In this document: one piece after another, positions 30,301 to 46,800 of the stretch
Layout: every line of letters starts with the position of its first letter
Numbering within the stretch: position 1 is the stretch's first letter
Position numbers and translations under genes: made by a program
Origin: the human T2T-CHM13v2.0 reference genome, Homo sapiens
DNA: 64,000 nt
Assembly: GCF_009914755.1 (NCBI RefSeq)
Contig: NC_060945.1
Reading direction: 5' to 3' (one strand)
The notes under the pieces: model-generated
What the model was told of the DNA's origin: nothing
The model's database searches: none
What the model saw: the letters and a program-made list of their open reading frames with translations, nothing else

Positions 30301-33300
30301 AATATCAAAGTACCCAAGGTATATATTCTATACTGTACAAAAAATATCAAAGTACCCAAAGCATGTATTATATACTGTACATAAAATATGAAAGTACATC
30401 AAATCTATATTTTATTCTGTACATAAAATATCAAAGTACACCAGATATATATTCTATAGTGTACATAAAATATCAAAGTACCCAAACTATACATTATATA
30501 CTGTACATAAAATATGAAATTACATCAAATATATATTATATTAGGTACATAAAATATGAAAGTACATCAAATATAGATTATATACTGTACATTAAATACC
30601 AAAGTAACCCAAATATATATTTTATACTCTACATGAAATATCAAAGTTCACAAACTATACATTATATACTGTACATAAAATATCAAAGTAACCAAGGTAT
30701 ATATTCTATACTGTACAAAAAATATCAAAGTAACCAAAGCATGTATTATATACTGTACCTAAAATATGAAAGTACATCAAATATATATTTTATTCTGTAC
30801 ATAAAATATCAAAGTACACCAGATATATATTCTATAGTGTACATAAAATATCAAAGTACCCAAACTATACATTATATACTGTACATAAAATATGAAATTA
30901 CATCAAATATATATTAGGTACATAAAATATGAAAGTACATCAAATATAGATTATACACTGTACATAAAATATCAAAGTACCCCAAATATATATTATATAC
31001 TCTACATGAAATATCAAAGTTCACAAACTATATATTATATACTGTACATAAAATAAAGTCCCCAAGGTATATATTCTATACTGTAGAAAAAATATCAAAG
31101 TACCCAAAGCATGTATTATATACTGTATATAAAATATGAAAGTACATCAAATATATATTTTATTCTGTACATAAAATATCAAAGTACACCAGATATATAT
31201 TCTATAGTGTACATAAAATAACAAAGTACAAAAACTATAAATTATATACTGTACATAAAATATGAAATTACATCAAATATATATTAGGTACATAAAATAT
31301 GAAAGTACATGAAATATAGATTATATACTGTACATAAAATTTCAATGTACCCCAAATATATATTTTATACTCTACATGAAATATCAAAGTTCACAAACCA
31401 TATATTATATACTGTACATAAAATATCAAAGTACCCAAGGTATATATTCTATACTATACAAAAAATATCAAAGTACCCAAAGCATGTATTATATACTGTA
31501 CCTAAAATATGAAAGTACATCAAATATATATTTTATTCTGTACATAAAATATCAAAGTACACCAGATATATATTCTACAGTGTACATAAAATATCAAAGT
31601 ACCCAAACTATACATTATATACTGTAAATAAAATATGAAATTACATCAAATATATTTTATATTAGGTACATAAAATATGAAAGTACATCAAATATAGATT
31701 ATATACTGTACATTAAATACCAAAGTACCCCAAATATATATTTTATACTGTACATGAAATATCAAAGTTCACAAACTATATATTATATACTGTACATAAA
31801 TTATCAAAGTACCCAAGGTATATATTCTATACTGTACAAAAAATATCAAAGTACCCAAAGCATGTATTATATACTGTACATAAAATATGAAAGTACATCA
31901 AATATATATTTTATTCTGTACATAATATATCAAAGTACAGCAGATATATATTCTATAGTGTACATAAAATAACAAAGTACACAAACTATACATTATATAC
32001 TGTACATAAAATATGAAATTACATCAAATATATATTAGGTACATAAAATATGAAAGTACATCAAATATAGATTATATACTGTACATAAAATATCAATGTA
32101 CCCCAAATATATATTTTATACTATACATGAAATATCAAAGTTCACAAACCATATATTGTATACTGTACATAAAATATCAAAGTACCCAAGGTATATGTTC
32201 TATACTGTACAAAAAATATCAAAGTACCCAAAGCATGTATTATATACTGTACCTAAAATATGAAAGTACATCAAATATATATTTTATTCTGTACATAAAA
32301 TATCAAAGTACACCAGATATATATTCTATAGTGTGCACAAAATATCAAAGTACCCAAACTATACATTACATACTGTACATAAAATATGAAATTACATCAA
32401 ATATATTTTATATTAGGTACATAAAATATGAAAGTACATCAAATATAGATTATACACTGTACATTAAATACCAAAGTACCCCAAATATATATTTTATACT
32501 GTACATGAAATATCAAACTTCACAAATTATATATTATATAGTGTACATATAATATCAAAGTACCCAAGGTATATATTCTATACTGTACAAAAAATAACAA
32601 AGTACCAAAAGCATGTATAATATACAGTACATAAAATATGAAAGTACATCAAATATATATTTTATTCTGTACATAAAATATCAAAGTACACCAGATATAT
32701 ATTCTATAGTGTACATAAAATATAAAAGTACCCAAACTATACATTATATACTGTACATAAAATATGTAATTACATCAAATATATATTATATTAGGTACAT
32801 AAAATATGAAAGTACATCAAATATAGATTATATACTGTACATTAAATACCAAAGTACCCCAAATATATATTTTATACTGTACATGAAATATCAAAGTTCA
32901 CAAACTATATATTATATACTGTACATAAAATATCAAAGTAACCAAGGTATATATTCTATACTGTACAAAAAATATCAAAGTACCCAAAGCATGTATTATG
33001 TACTGTACCTAAAATATGAAAGTACATCAAATATATATTTTATTCTGTACATAAAATATCAAAGTACACCAGATATATATTCTATAGTGTACATAATACA
33101 TCAAAGTACCCAAACTATACATTATATACTGTACATAAAATATGAAATTACATCAAATATATATTATATTAGGTACATAAAATATGAAAGTACATCAAAT
33201 ATAGATTATACACTCTACATAAAATATCAAAGTACCCAAAATATATATTATATACTCTACATGAAATATCAAAGTTCACAAACTATATATTATATACTGT

Positions 33301-36300
33301 ACATAAAATAAAGTCCCCAAGGTATATATTCTATACTGTAGAAAAAATATCAAAGTACCCAAAGCATGTATTATATACTGTATATAAAATATGAAAGTAC
33401 ATCAAATATATATTTTATTCTGTACATAATATATCAAAGTACACCAGATATATATTCTATAGTGTACATAAAATAACAAAGTACAAAAACTATAAATTAT
33501 ATACTGTACATAAAATATGAAATTACATCAAATATATATTAGGTACATAAAATATGAAAGTACATCAAATATAGATTATATACTGTACATAAAATTTCAA
33601 TGTACCCCAAATATATATTTTATACTCTACATGAAATATCAAAGTTCACAAACCATATATTATATACTGTACATAAAATATCAAAGTACCCAAGGTATAT
33701 ATTCTATACTATACAAAAAATATCAAAGTACCCAAAGCATGTATTATATACTGTACCTAAAATATGAATGTACATCAAATATATATTTTATTCTGTACAT
33801 AAAATATCAAAGTACACCAGATATATATTCTATAGTGTACACAAAATATCAAAGTACCCAAACTATACATTATATACTGTACATAAAATATGAAATTACA
33901 TCAAATATATTTTATATTAGGTACATAAAATATGAAAGTACATCAAATATAGATTATATACTGTACATTAAATACCAAAGTACCCCAAATATATATTTTA
34001 TACTGTACATGAAATATCAAAGTTCACAAACTATATATTATATACTGTACATATAATATCAAAGTACCCAAGGTATATATTCTATACTGTACAAAAAACA
34101 ACAAAGTACCAAAAGCATGTATAATATACTGTACATAAAATATGAAAGTACATCAAATATGTATTTTATTCTGTACATAAAATATCAAAGTACACCAGAT
34201 ATATATTCTATAGTGTACATAAAATATCAAAGTACCCAAACTATACATTATATACTGTAAATAAAATATGAAATTACATCAAATATATTTTATATTAGGT
34301 ACATAAAATATGAAAGTACATCAAATATAGATTATATACTGTACATAATATATCAAAGTAACCCAAATATATATTATATACTCTACATGAAATATCAAAG
34401 TTCACAAACAATATATTATATACTGTACATAAAATATCAAAGTACCCAAGGTATATATTCTATACTGCACAAAAAAATCAAAGTACCCAAAGCATGTATT
34501 ATATACTGTATATAAAATATGAAAGTACATCAAATATATATTTTATTCTCTACATAATATATCAAAGTACACCAGATATATATTCTATAGTGTACATAAA
34601 ATAACAAAGTACACAAACTATAAATTATATACTGTACATAAAATATGAAATTACATCAAATATATATTAGGTACATAAAATATGAAAGTACATCAAATAT
34701 AGATTATATACTGTACATAAAATATCAATGTACCCCAAATATATATTTTATACTCTACATGAAATATCAAAGTTCACAAACCATATATTGTATACTGTAC
34801 ATAAAATATCAAAGTACCCAAGGTATGTATTCTATACTGTACAAAAAATATCAAAGTACCCAAAGCATGTATTATATACTGTACATAAAATATGAAAGTA
34901 CATCAAATATATATTTTATTCTGTACATATAATATCAAAGTACACCATATATATATTCTATAGTGTACATAAAATATCAAAGTACCCAAACTATACATTA
35001 TATACTGTACATAAAATATGAAATTACATCAAATATATATTAGGTACATAAAATATGAAAGTACATCAAATATAGATTATATACTGTACATAAAATATCA
35101 AAGTACCCCAAATATATATTATATACTCTACAGGAAATATCAAAGTTCACACACTATATATTATATACTGTACATAAAATATCAAAGTACCCAAGGTATA
35201 TATTCTATACTGTACAAAAAATATCAAAGTACCCAAAGCATGTATTATATACTGTATATAAAATATGAAAGTACATCAAATATATATTTTATTCTGTACA
35301 TAATATATCAAAGTACACCAGATATATATTCTATAGTGTACATAAAATAACAAAGTACACAAACTATACATTATATACTGTACATAAAATATGAAATTAC
35401 ATCAAATATATATTAGGTTCATAAAATATGAAAGTACATCAAATATAGATTATATACTGTACATAAAATATCAATGTACCCCAAATATATATTTTATACT
35501 TTACATGAAATATCAAAGTTCACAAACCATATATTGTATACTGTACATAAAATACCAAAGTACCCAAGGTATATGTTCTATACTGTACAAAAAATATCAA
35601 AGTACCCAAAGCATGTATTATATACTGTACATAAAATATGAATGTACATCAAATATATATTTTATTCTGTACATAAAATATCAAAGTACACCAGATATAT
35701 ATTCTATAGTGTACATAAAATATCAAAGTACCCAAACTATACATTATATACTGTACATAAAATATGAAATTACATCAAATATATATTATATTAGGTACAT
35801 AAAATATGAAAGTACATCAAATATAGATTATATACTGTACATAAAATATCAAAGTACCCCAAATATATATTATATACTCTACATGAAATATCAAAGTTCA
35901 CAAACTATATATTATATACTGTACATAAAATATCAAAGTACCCAAGGTATATATTCTATACTATACAAAAAATATCAAAGTACCCAAAGTATGTATTATA
36001 TACTGTACCTAAAATATGAAAGTACATCAAATATATATTTTATTCTGTACATAAAATATCAAAGTACACCAGATATATATTCTATAGTGTACATAAAATA
36101 TCAAAGTACCCAAACTATACATTATATACTGTACATAAAATATGAAATTACATCAAATATATATTATATTAGGTACATAAAATATGAAAGTACATCAAAT
36201 ATAGATTATATACTGTACATTAAATACCAAAGTACCCCAAATATATATTTTATACTCTACATGAAATATCAAAGTTCACAAACTATATATTATATACTGT

Positions 36301-37840
36301 ACATAAAATATCAAAGTACCCAAGGTATATATTCTATACTGTACAAAAAATATCAAAGTACCCAAAGCATGTATTATATACTGTACATAAAATATGAAAG
36401 TACATCAAATATATATTTTATTCTGTACATAAAATATCAAAGTACACCAGATATATATTCTATAGTGTACATAAAATATCAAAGTACCCAAACTATACAT
36501 TATATACTGTACATAAAATATGAAATTACATCAAATATATATTATATTAGGTACATAAAATATGAAAGTACATCAAATATAGATTATACACTGTACATAA
36601 AATATCAAAGTACCCCAAATATATATTATATACTGTACATGAAATATCAAAGTTCACAAACTATATATTATATACTGTACATAAAATAAAGTCCCCAAGG
36701 TATATATTCTATACTGTAGAAAAAATATCAAAGTACCCAAAGCATGTATTATATACTGTATATAAAATATGAAAGTACATCAAATATATATTTTATTCTG
36801 TACATAATATATCAAAGTACACCAGATATATATTCTATAGTGTACATGAAATAACAAAGTACAAAAACTATAAATTATATACTGTACATAAAATATGAAA
36901 TTACATCAAATATATATTAGGTACATAAAATATGAAAGTACATCAAATATAGATTATATACTGTACATAAAATTTCAATGTACCCCAAATATATATTTTA
37001 TACTCTACATGAAATATCAAAGTTCACAAACCATGTATTATATACTGTACATAAAATATCAAAGTACCCAAGGTATATATTCTATACTATACAAAAAATA
37101 TCAAAGTACCCAAAGCATGTATTATATACTGTACCTAAAATATGAAAGTACATCAAATATATATTTTATTCTGTACATAAAATATGAAAGTACACCAGAT
37201 ATATATTCTATAGTGTACATAAAATATCAAAGTACCCAAACTATACATTATATACTGTACATCAAATATGAAATTACATCAAATATATATTATATTAGGT
37301 ACATAAAATATGAAAGTACATCAAATATAGATTATACACTGTACATAAAATATCAAAGTACCCAAAATATATATTATATACTCTACATGAAATATCAAAG
37401 TTCACAAACTATATATTATATACTGTACATAAAATAATGTCCCCAAGGTATATATTCTATACTGTAGAAAAAATATCAAAGTACCCAAAGCATGTATTAT
37501 ATACTGTATATAAAATATGAAAGTACATCAAATTTATATTTTATTCTGTACATAATATATCAAAGTACACCAGATATATATTCTATAGTGTACATAAAAT
37601 AACAAAGTACAAAAACTATAAATTATATACTGTACATAAAATATGAAATTACATCAAATATATATTAGGTACATAAAATATGAAAGTACATCAAATATAG
37701 ATTATATACTGTACATAAAATTTCAATGTACCCCAAATATATATTTTATACTCTACATGAAATATCAAAGTTCACAAACCATATATTATATACTGTACAT
37801 AAAATATCAAAGTACCCAAGGTATATATTCTATACTATAC
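18350..37840 (+). repeat. 13,888-bp period: ~18350-23950 recurs at ~32240-37840
   Basis: ORF pairs 18725/32613, 19629/33517, 20757/34645, 21130/35018, 21503/35391 and 23007/36895 are all offset 13,888. Shared rare markers AATATGTAATTAC, TACAGGAAAT, AGGTTCAT. Confidence 0.9.
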
Positions 37841-40800
37841 AAAAAATATCAAAGTACCCAAAGCATGTATTATATACTGTACATAAAATATGAAAGTACA
37901 TCAAATATATATTTTATTCTGTACATAAAATATCAAAGTACACCAGATATATATTCTATAGTGTACATAAAATATCAAAGTACCCAAACTATACATTATA
38001 TACTGTACATAAAATATGAAATTACATCAAATATATATTATATTAGGTACATAAAATATGAAAGTACATCAAATATAGATTATATACTGTACATAAAATA
38101 TCAAAGTACCCCAAATATATATTATATACTCTACATGAAATATCAAAGTTCACAAACTATATATTATATACTGTACATAAAATATCAAAGTACCCAAGGT
38201 ATATATTCTATACTATACAAAAAATATCAAAGTACCCAAAGTATGTATTATATACTGTACCTAAAATATGAAAGTACATCAAATATATATTTTATTCTGT
38301 ACATAAAATATCAAAGTACACCAGATATATATTCTATAGTGTACATAAAATATCAAAGTACCCAAACTATACATTATATACTGTACATAAAATATGAAAT
38401 TACATCAAATATATATTATATTAGGTACATAAAATATGAAAGTACATCAAATATAGATTATATACTGTACATTAAATACCAAAGTACCCCAAATATATAT
38501 TTTATACTCTACATGAAATATCAAAGTTCACAAACTATATATTATATACTGTACATAAAATATCAAAGTACCCAAGGTATATATTCTATACTGTACAAAA
38601 AATATCAAAGTACCCAAAGCATGTATTATATACTGTACATAAAATATGAAAGTACATCAAATATATATTTTATTCTGTACATAAAATATCAAAGTACACC
38701 AGATATATATTCTATAGTGTACATAAAATATCAAAGTACCCAAACTATACATTATATACTGTACATAAAATATGAAATTACATCAAATATATATTATATT
38801 AGGTACATAAAATATGAAAGTACATCAAATATAGATTATACACTGTACATAAAATATCAAAGTACCCCAAATATATATTATATACTCTACATGAAATATC
38901 AAAGTTCACAAACTATATATTATATACTGTACATAAAATAAAGTCCCCAAGGTATATATTCTATACTGTAGAAAAAATATCAAAGTACCCAAAGCATGTA
39001 TTATATACTGTATATAAAATATGAAAGTACATCAAATATATATTTTATTCTGTACATAATATATCAAAGTACACCAGATATATATTCTATAGTGTACATG
39101 AAATAACAAAGTACAAAAACTATAAATTATATACTGTACATAAAATATGAAATTACATCAAATATATATTAGGTACATAAAATATGAAAGTACATCAAAT
39201 ATAGATTATATACTGTACATAAAATTTCAATGTACCCCAAATATATATTTTATACTCTACATGAAATATCAAAGTTCACAAACCATGTATTATATACTGT
39301 ACATAAAATATCAAAGTACCCAAGGTATATATTCTATACTATACAAAAAATATCAAAGTACCCAAAGCATGTATTATATACTGTACCTAAAATATGAAAG
39401 TACATCAAATATATATTTTATTCTGTACATAAAATATGAAAGTACACCAGATATATATTCTATAGTGTACATAAAATATCAAAGTACCCAAACTATACAT
39501 TATATACTGTACATAAAATATGAAATTACATCAAATATATATTATATTAGGTACATAAAATATGAAAGTACATCAAATATAGATTATACACTGTACATAA
39601 AATATCAAAGTACCCAAAATATATATTATATACTCTACATGAAATATCAATGTTCACAAACTATATATTATATACTGTACATAAAATAATGTCCCCAAGG
39701 TATATATTCTATACTGTAGAAAAAATATCAAAGTACCCAAACATGTATTATATACTGTATATAAAATATGAAAGTACATCAAATATATATTTTATTCTGT
39801 ACATAATATATCAAAGTACACCAGATATATATTCTATAGTGTACATAAAATAACAAAGTACAAAAACTATAAATTATATACTGTACATAAAATATGAAAT
39901 TACATCAAATATATATTAGGTACATAAAATATGAAAGTACATCAAATATAGATTATATACTGTACATAAAATTTCAATGTACCCCAAATATATATTTTAT
40001 ACTCTACATGAAATATCAAAGTTCACAAACCATATATTATATACTGTACATAAAATATCAAAGTACCCAAGGTATATATTCTATACTATACAAAAAATAT
40101 CAAAGTACCCAAAGCATGTATTATATACTGTACCTAAAATATGAATGTACATCAAATATATATTTTATTCTGTACATAAAATATCAAAGTACACCAGATA
40201 TATATTCTATAGTGTACACAAAATATCAAAGTACCCAAACTATGCATTATATACTGTACATAAAATATGAAATTACATCAAATATATTTTATATTAGGTA
40301 CATAAAATATGAAAGTACATCAAATATAGATTATATACTGTACATTAAATACCAAAGTACCCCAAATATATATTTTATACTGTACATGAAATATCAAAGT
40401 TCACAAACTGTATATTATATACTGTACATATAATATCAAAGTACACAAGGTATATATTCTATACTGTACAAAAAATAACAAAGTACCAAAAGCATGTATA
40501 ATATACTGTACATAAAATATGAAAGTACATCAAATATATATTTTATTCTGTACATAAAATATCAAAGTACACCAGATATATATTCTATAGTGTACATAAA
40601 ATATCAAAGTACCCAAACTATACATTATATACTGTAAATAAAATATGAAATTACATCAAATATATTTTATATTAGGTACATAAAATATGAAAGTACATCA
40701 AATATAGATTATATACTGTACATAATATATCAAAGTAACCCAAATATATATTATATACTCTACATGAAATATCAAAGTTCACAAACAATATATTATATAC

Positions 40801-43800
40801 TGTACATAAAATATCAAAGTACCCAAGGTATATATTCTATACTGCACAAAAAAATCAAAGTACCCAAAGCATGTAGTATATACTGTATATAAAATATGAA
40901 AGTTCATCAAATATATATTTTATTCTCTACGTAATATATCAAAGTACACCAGATATATATTCTATAGTGTACATAAAATATCAAAGTACCCAAACTATAC
41001 ATTATATACTGTAAATAAAATATGAAATTACATCAAATATATATTAGGTACATAAAATATGAAAGTACATCAAATATAGATTATATACTGTACATAAAAT
41101 ATCAATGTACCCCAAATATATATTTTATACTTTACATGAAATATCAAAGTTCACAAACCATATATTGTATACTGTACATAAAATATCAAAGTACCCAAGG
41201 TATATGTTCTATACTGTACAAAAAATATCAAAGTACCCAAAGCATGTATTATATACTGTACATAAAATATGAAAGTACATCAAATATATATTTTATTCTG
41301 TACATAAAATATCAAAGTACACCAGATATATATTCTATAGTGTACATAAAATATCAAAGTACCCAAACTATACATTATATACTGTAAATAAAATATGAGA
41401 TTACATCAAATATATATTATATTAGGTACATAAAATATGAAAGTACATCAACTATAGATTATATACTGTACATTAAATACCAAAGTACCCCAAATATATA
41501 TTTTATACTGTACATGAAATATCAAAGTTCACAAACTATATATTATATACTGTACATAAAATATCAAAGTACCCAAGGTATATATTCTATACTGTACAAA
41601 AAATATCAAAGTACCCAAAGCATGTATTATATACTGTACCTAAAATATGAAAGTACATCAAATATATATTTTATTCTGTACATAAAATATCAAAGTACAC
41701 CAGATATATATTCTATAGTGTACATAAAATATGAAAGTACCCAAACTATACATTATATACTGTACATAAAATATGAAATTACATCAAATATATATTATAT
41801 TAGGTACATAAAATATGAAAGTACATCAAATATAGATTATACACTGTACATAAAATATCAAAGTACCCAAAATATATATTATATACTCTACATGAAATAT
41901 CAAAGTTCACAAACTATATATTATATACTGTACATAAAATAAAGTCCCCAAGATATATATTCTATACTGTAGAAAAAATATCAAAGTACCCAAAGCATGT
42001 ATTATATACTGTATATAAAATATGAAAGTACATCAAATATATATTTTATTCTGTACATAATATATCAAAGTACACCAGATATATATTCTATAGTGTACAT
42101 AAAATAAGAAAGTACAAAAACTATAAATTATATACTGTACAAAAATATGAAATTACATCAAATATATATTAGGTACATAAAATATGAAAGTACATCAAAT
42201 ATAGATTATATACTGTACATAAAATTTCAATGTACCCCGAATATATATTTTATACTCTACATGAAATATCAAAGTTCACAAACCATATATTATATACTGT
42301 ACATAAAATATCAAAGTACCCAAGGTATATATTCTATACTATACAAAAAATACCAAAGTACCCAAAGCATGTATTATATACTGTACCTAAAATATGAATG
42401 TACATCAAATATATATTTTATTCTGTACATAAAATATCAAAGTACACCAGATATATATTCTATAGTGTACACAAAATATCAAAGTACCCAAACTATACAT
42501 TATATACTGTACATAAAATATGAAATTACATCAAATATATTTTATATTAGGTACACAAAATATGAAAGTACATCAAATATAGATTATATACTGTACATTA
42601 AATACCAAAGTACCCCAAATATATATTTTATACTGTACATGAAATATCAAAGTTCACAAACTATATATTATATACTGTACATATAATATCAAAGTACCCA
42701 AGGTATATATTCTATACTGTACAAAAAATAACAAAGTACCAAAAGCATGTATAATATACTGTACATAAAATATGAAACTATATCAAATATATATTTTATT
42801 CTGTACATAAAATATCAAAGTACACCAGATATATATTCTATAGTGTACATAAAATATCAAAGTACCCAAACTATACATTATATACTGTAAATAAAATATG
42901 AAATTACATCAAATATATTTTATATTAGGTACATAAAATATGAAAGTACATCAAATATAGATTATATACTGTACATAATATATCAAAGTAACCCAAATAT
43001 ATATTATATACTCTACATGAAATATCAAAGTTCACAAACAATATATTATATACTGTACATAAAATATCAAAGTACCCAAGGTATATATTCTATACTGCAC
43101 AAAAAAATCAAAGTACCCAAAGCATGTATTATATACTGTATATAAAATATGAAAGTACATCAAATATATATTTTATTCTCTACATAATATATCAAAGTAC
43201 ACCAGATATATATTCTATAGTGTACATAAAATAACAAAGTACACAAACTATAAATTATATACTGTACATAAAATATGAAATTACATCAAATATATATTAG
43301 GTACATAAAATATGAAAGTACATCAAATATAGATTATATACTGTACATAAAATATCAATGTACCCCAAATATATATTTTATACTCTACATGAAATACCAA
43401 AGTTCAGAAACCATATATTATATACTGTACATAAAATATCAAAGTACCCAAGGTATATATTCTATACTGTACAAAAAATATCAAAGTACCCAAAGCATGT
43501 ATTATATACTGTACATAAAATATGAAAGTACATCAAATATATATTTTATTCTGTACATAAAATATCAAAGTACACCAGATATATATTCTATAGTGTACAT
43601 AAAATATCAAAGTACCCAAACTATACATTATATACTGTACATAAAATATGAAATTACATCAAATATATATTATATTAGGTACATAAAATATGAAAGTACA
43701 TCAAATATAGATTATATACTGTACATAAAATATCAAAGTACCCCAAATATATATTATATACTCTACATGAAATATCAAAGTTCACAAACTATATATTATA

Positions 43801-46800
43801 TACTGTACATAAAATATCAAAGTACCCAAGGTATATATTCTATAATGTACAAAAAATATCAAAGTACCCAAAGCGTGTATTATATACTGTATATAAAATA
43901 TGAAATTACATAAAATATATATTTTATTCTGTACATAAAATATCAAAGTACACCAGATATATATTCTATAGTGTACATAAAATATCAAAGTACCCAAACT
44001 CTACATTATATACTGTACATAAAATATGAAATTACATCAAATATATATTATATTAGGTACATAAAATATGAAAGTACATCAAATATAGATTATATACTGT
44101 ACATTAAATACCAAAGTACCCCAAATATATATTTTATACTGTACATGAAATATCAAAGTTCACAAACTATATATTATATACTGTACATAAAATATCAAAG
44201 TACCCAAGGTATATATTCTATACTGTACAAAAAATATCAAAGTACCCAAAGCATGTATTATATACTGTACCTAAAATATGAAAGTACATCAAATATATAT
44301 TTTATTCTATACATAAAATATCAAAGTACACCAGATATATATTCTATAGTGTACATAAAATATCAAAGTACCCAAACTATACATTATATACTGTACATAA
44401 AATATGAAATTACATCAAATATATATTATATTAGGTACATAAAATATGAAAGTACATCAAATATAGATTATACACTGTACATAAAATATCAAAGTACCCC
44501 AAATATATATTATATACTCTACATGAAATATCAAACTTCACAAACAATATATTATATACTGTACATAAAATAAAGTCCCCAAGGTATATATTCTATACTG
44601 TAGAAAAAATATCAAAGTACCCAAAGCATGTATTATATACTGTATATAAAATATGAAAGTACATCAAATATATATTTTATTCTGTACATAATATATCAAA
44701 GTACACCAGATATATATTCTATAGTGTACATAAAATAACAAAGTACAAAAACTATAAATTATATACTGTACATAAAATATGAAATTACATCAAATATATA
44801 TTAGGTACATAAAATATGAAAGTACATCAAATATAGATTATATACTGTACATAAAATTTCAATGTACCCCAAATATATATTTTATACTCTACATGAAATA
44901 TCAAAGTTCACAAACCATATATTATATACTGTACATATAATATCAAAGTACCCAAGGTATATATTCTATACTATACAAAAAATATCAAAGTACCCAAAGC
45001 ATGTATTATATACTGTACCTAAAATATGAAAGTACATCAAATATATATTTTATTCTGTACATAAAATATCAAAGTACACCAGATATATATTCTATAGTGT
45101 ACACAAAATATCAAAGTACCCAAACTATACATTATATACAGTACATAAAATATGAAATTACATCAAATATATTTTATATTAGGTACATAAAATATGAAAG
45201 TACATCAAATATAGATTATACACTGTACATTAAATACCAAAGTACCCCAAATATATATTTTATACTGTACATGAAATATCAAACTTCACAAATTATATAT
45301 TATATAGTGTACATATAATATCAAAGTACCCAAGGTATATATTCTATACTGTACAAAAAATATCAAATTACCCAAAGCTTGTATTATATACTGTACATAA
45401 AATATGAAAGTATATCAAATATATATTTTATTGTGTACATAAAATATCAAAGTACACCAGATATATATTCTATAGTGCACATAAAATAACAAAGTACACA
45501 AACTATACATTATATACTGTACATAAAATATGAAATTACATGAAATATATATTAGGTACATAAAATATGAAAGTACATCAAATATAGATTATATACTGTA
45601 CATAAAATTTCAATGTACCCCAAATATATATTTTATACTACACATGAAATATCAAAGTTCACAAACCATATATTGTATACTGTACATAAAATATCAAAGT
45701 ACCCAAGGTATATGTTCTATACTGTACAAAAAATATCAAAGTACCCAAAGCATGTATTATATACTGTACATAAAATATGAAAGTACATCAAATATATATT
45801 TTATTCCGTTCATAAAATATCAAAGTACACCAGATATATATTCTATAGTGTACATAAAATATCAAAGTACACAAACTATACATTATATACTGTACATAAA
45901 ATATGAAATTACATCAAATATATATTATATAAGGTACACAAAATATGAAAGTACATCAAATATAGATTATATACTGTACATTAAATACCAAAGAACCCCA
46001 AATATATATTATATACTCTACATGAAATATAAAAGTTCACAAACTATATATTATATACTGTACATAAAATATCAAAGTACCCAAGGTATATATTCTATAC
46101 TGTACAAAAAATATCAAAGTACCCAAAGCATGTATTATATACTGTATATAAAATATGAAAGTACATCAAATATATATTTTATTCTGTACATAAAATATCA
46201 AAGTACACCAGATATATATTCTATAGTGTACATAAAATAACAAAGTACAAAAACTATAAATTATATACTGTACATAAAATATGAAATTTCATCAAATATA
46301 TATTAGGTACATAAAATATGAAAGTACATCAAATATAGATTATATACTGTACAAAAAATATCAGTGTACCCCAAATATATATTTTATACTCGACATGAAA
46401 TATCAAAGTTCACAAACCATATAATATATACTGTACATAAAATATCAAAGTACCCAAGGTATATATTCTATACTGTACAAAAAATATCAAAGTACCCAAA
46501 GCATGTATTATATACTGTACATAAAATATGAAAGTACATCAAATCTATATTTTATTCTGTACATAAAATATCAAAGTACACCAGATATATATTCTATAGT
46601 GTACATAAAATATCAAAGTACCCAAACTATACATTATATACTGTACATAAAATATGAAATTACATCAAATATATATTATATTAGGTACATAAAATATGAA
46701 AGTACATCAAATATAGATTATATACTGTACATTAAATACCAAAGTAACCCAAATATATATTTTATACTCTACATGAAATATCAAAGTTCACAAACTATAC

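Noticed and set aside
35391-39893. Simple local 2,252-bp tandem duplication
   Set aside because: The two halves have different closest relatives (50.0-52.3 kb and 21.7-23.7 kb respectively), so it is better explained as the seam of the 16,140-bp duplication.
12606-43997. Short minus-strand ORFs (12606, 13136, 15636, 27642, 43782)
   Set aside because: Chance loss of stops in the antisense of the same repeat. They do not indicate an inversion, as the + strand pattern continues unchanged.
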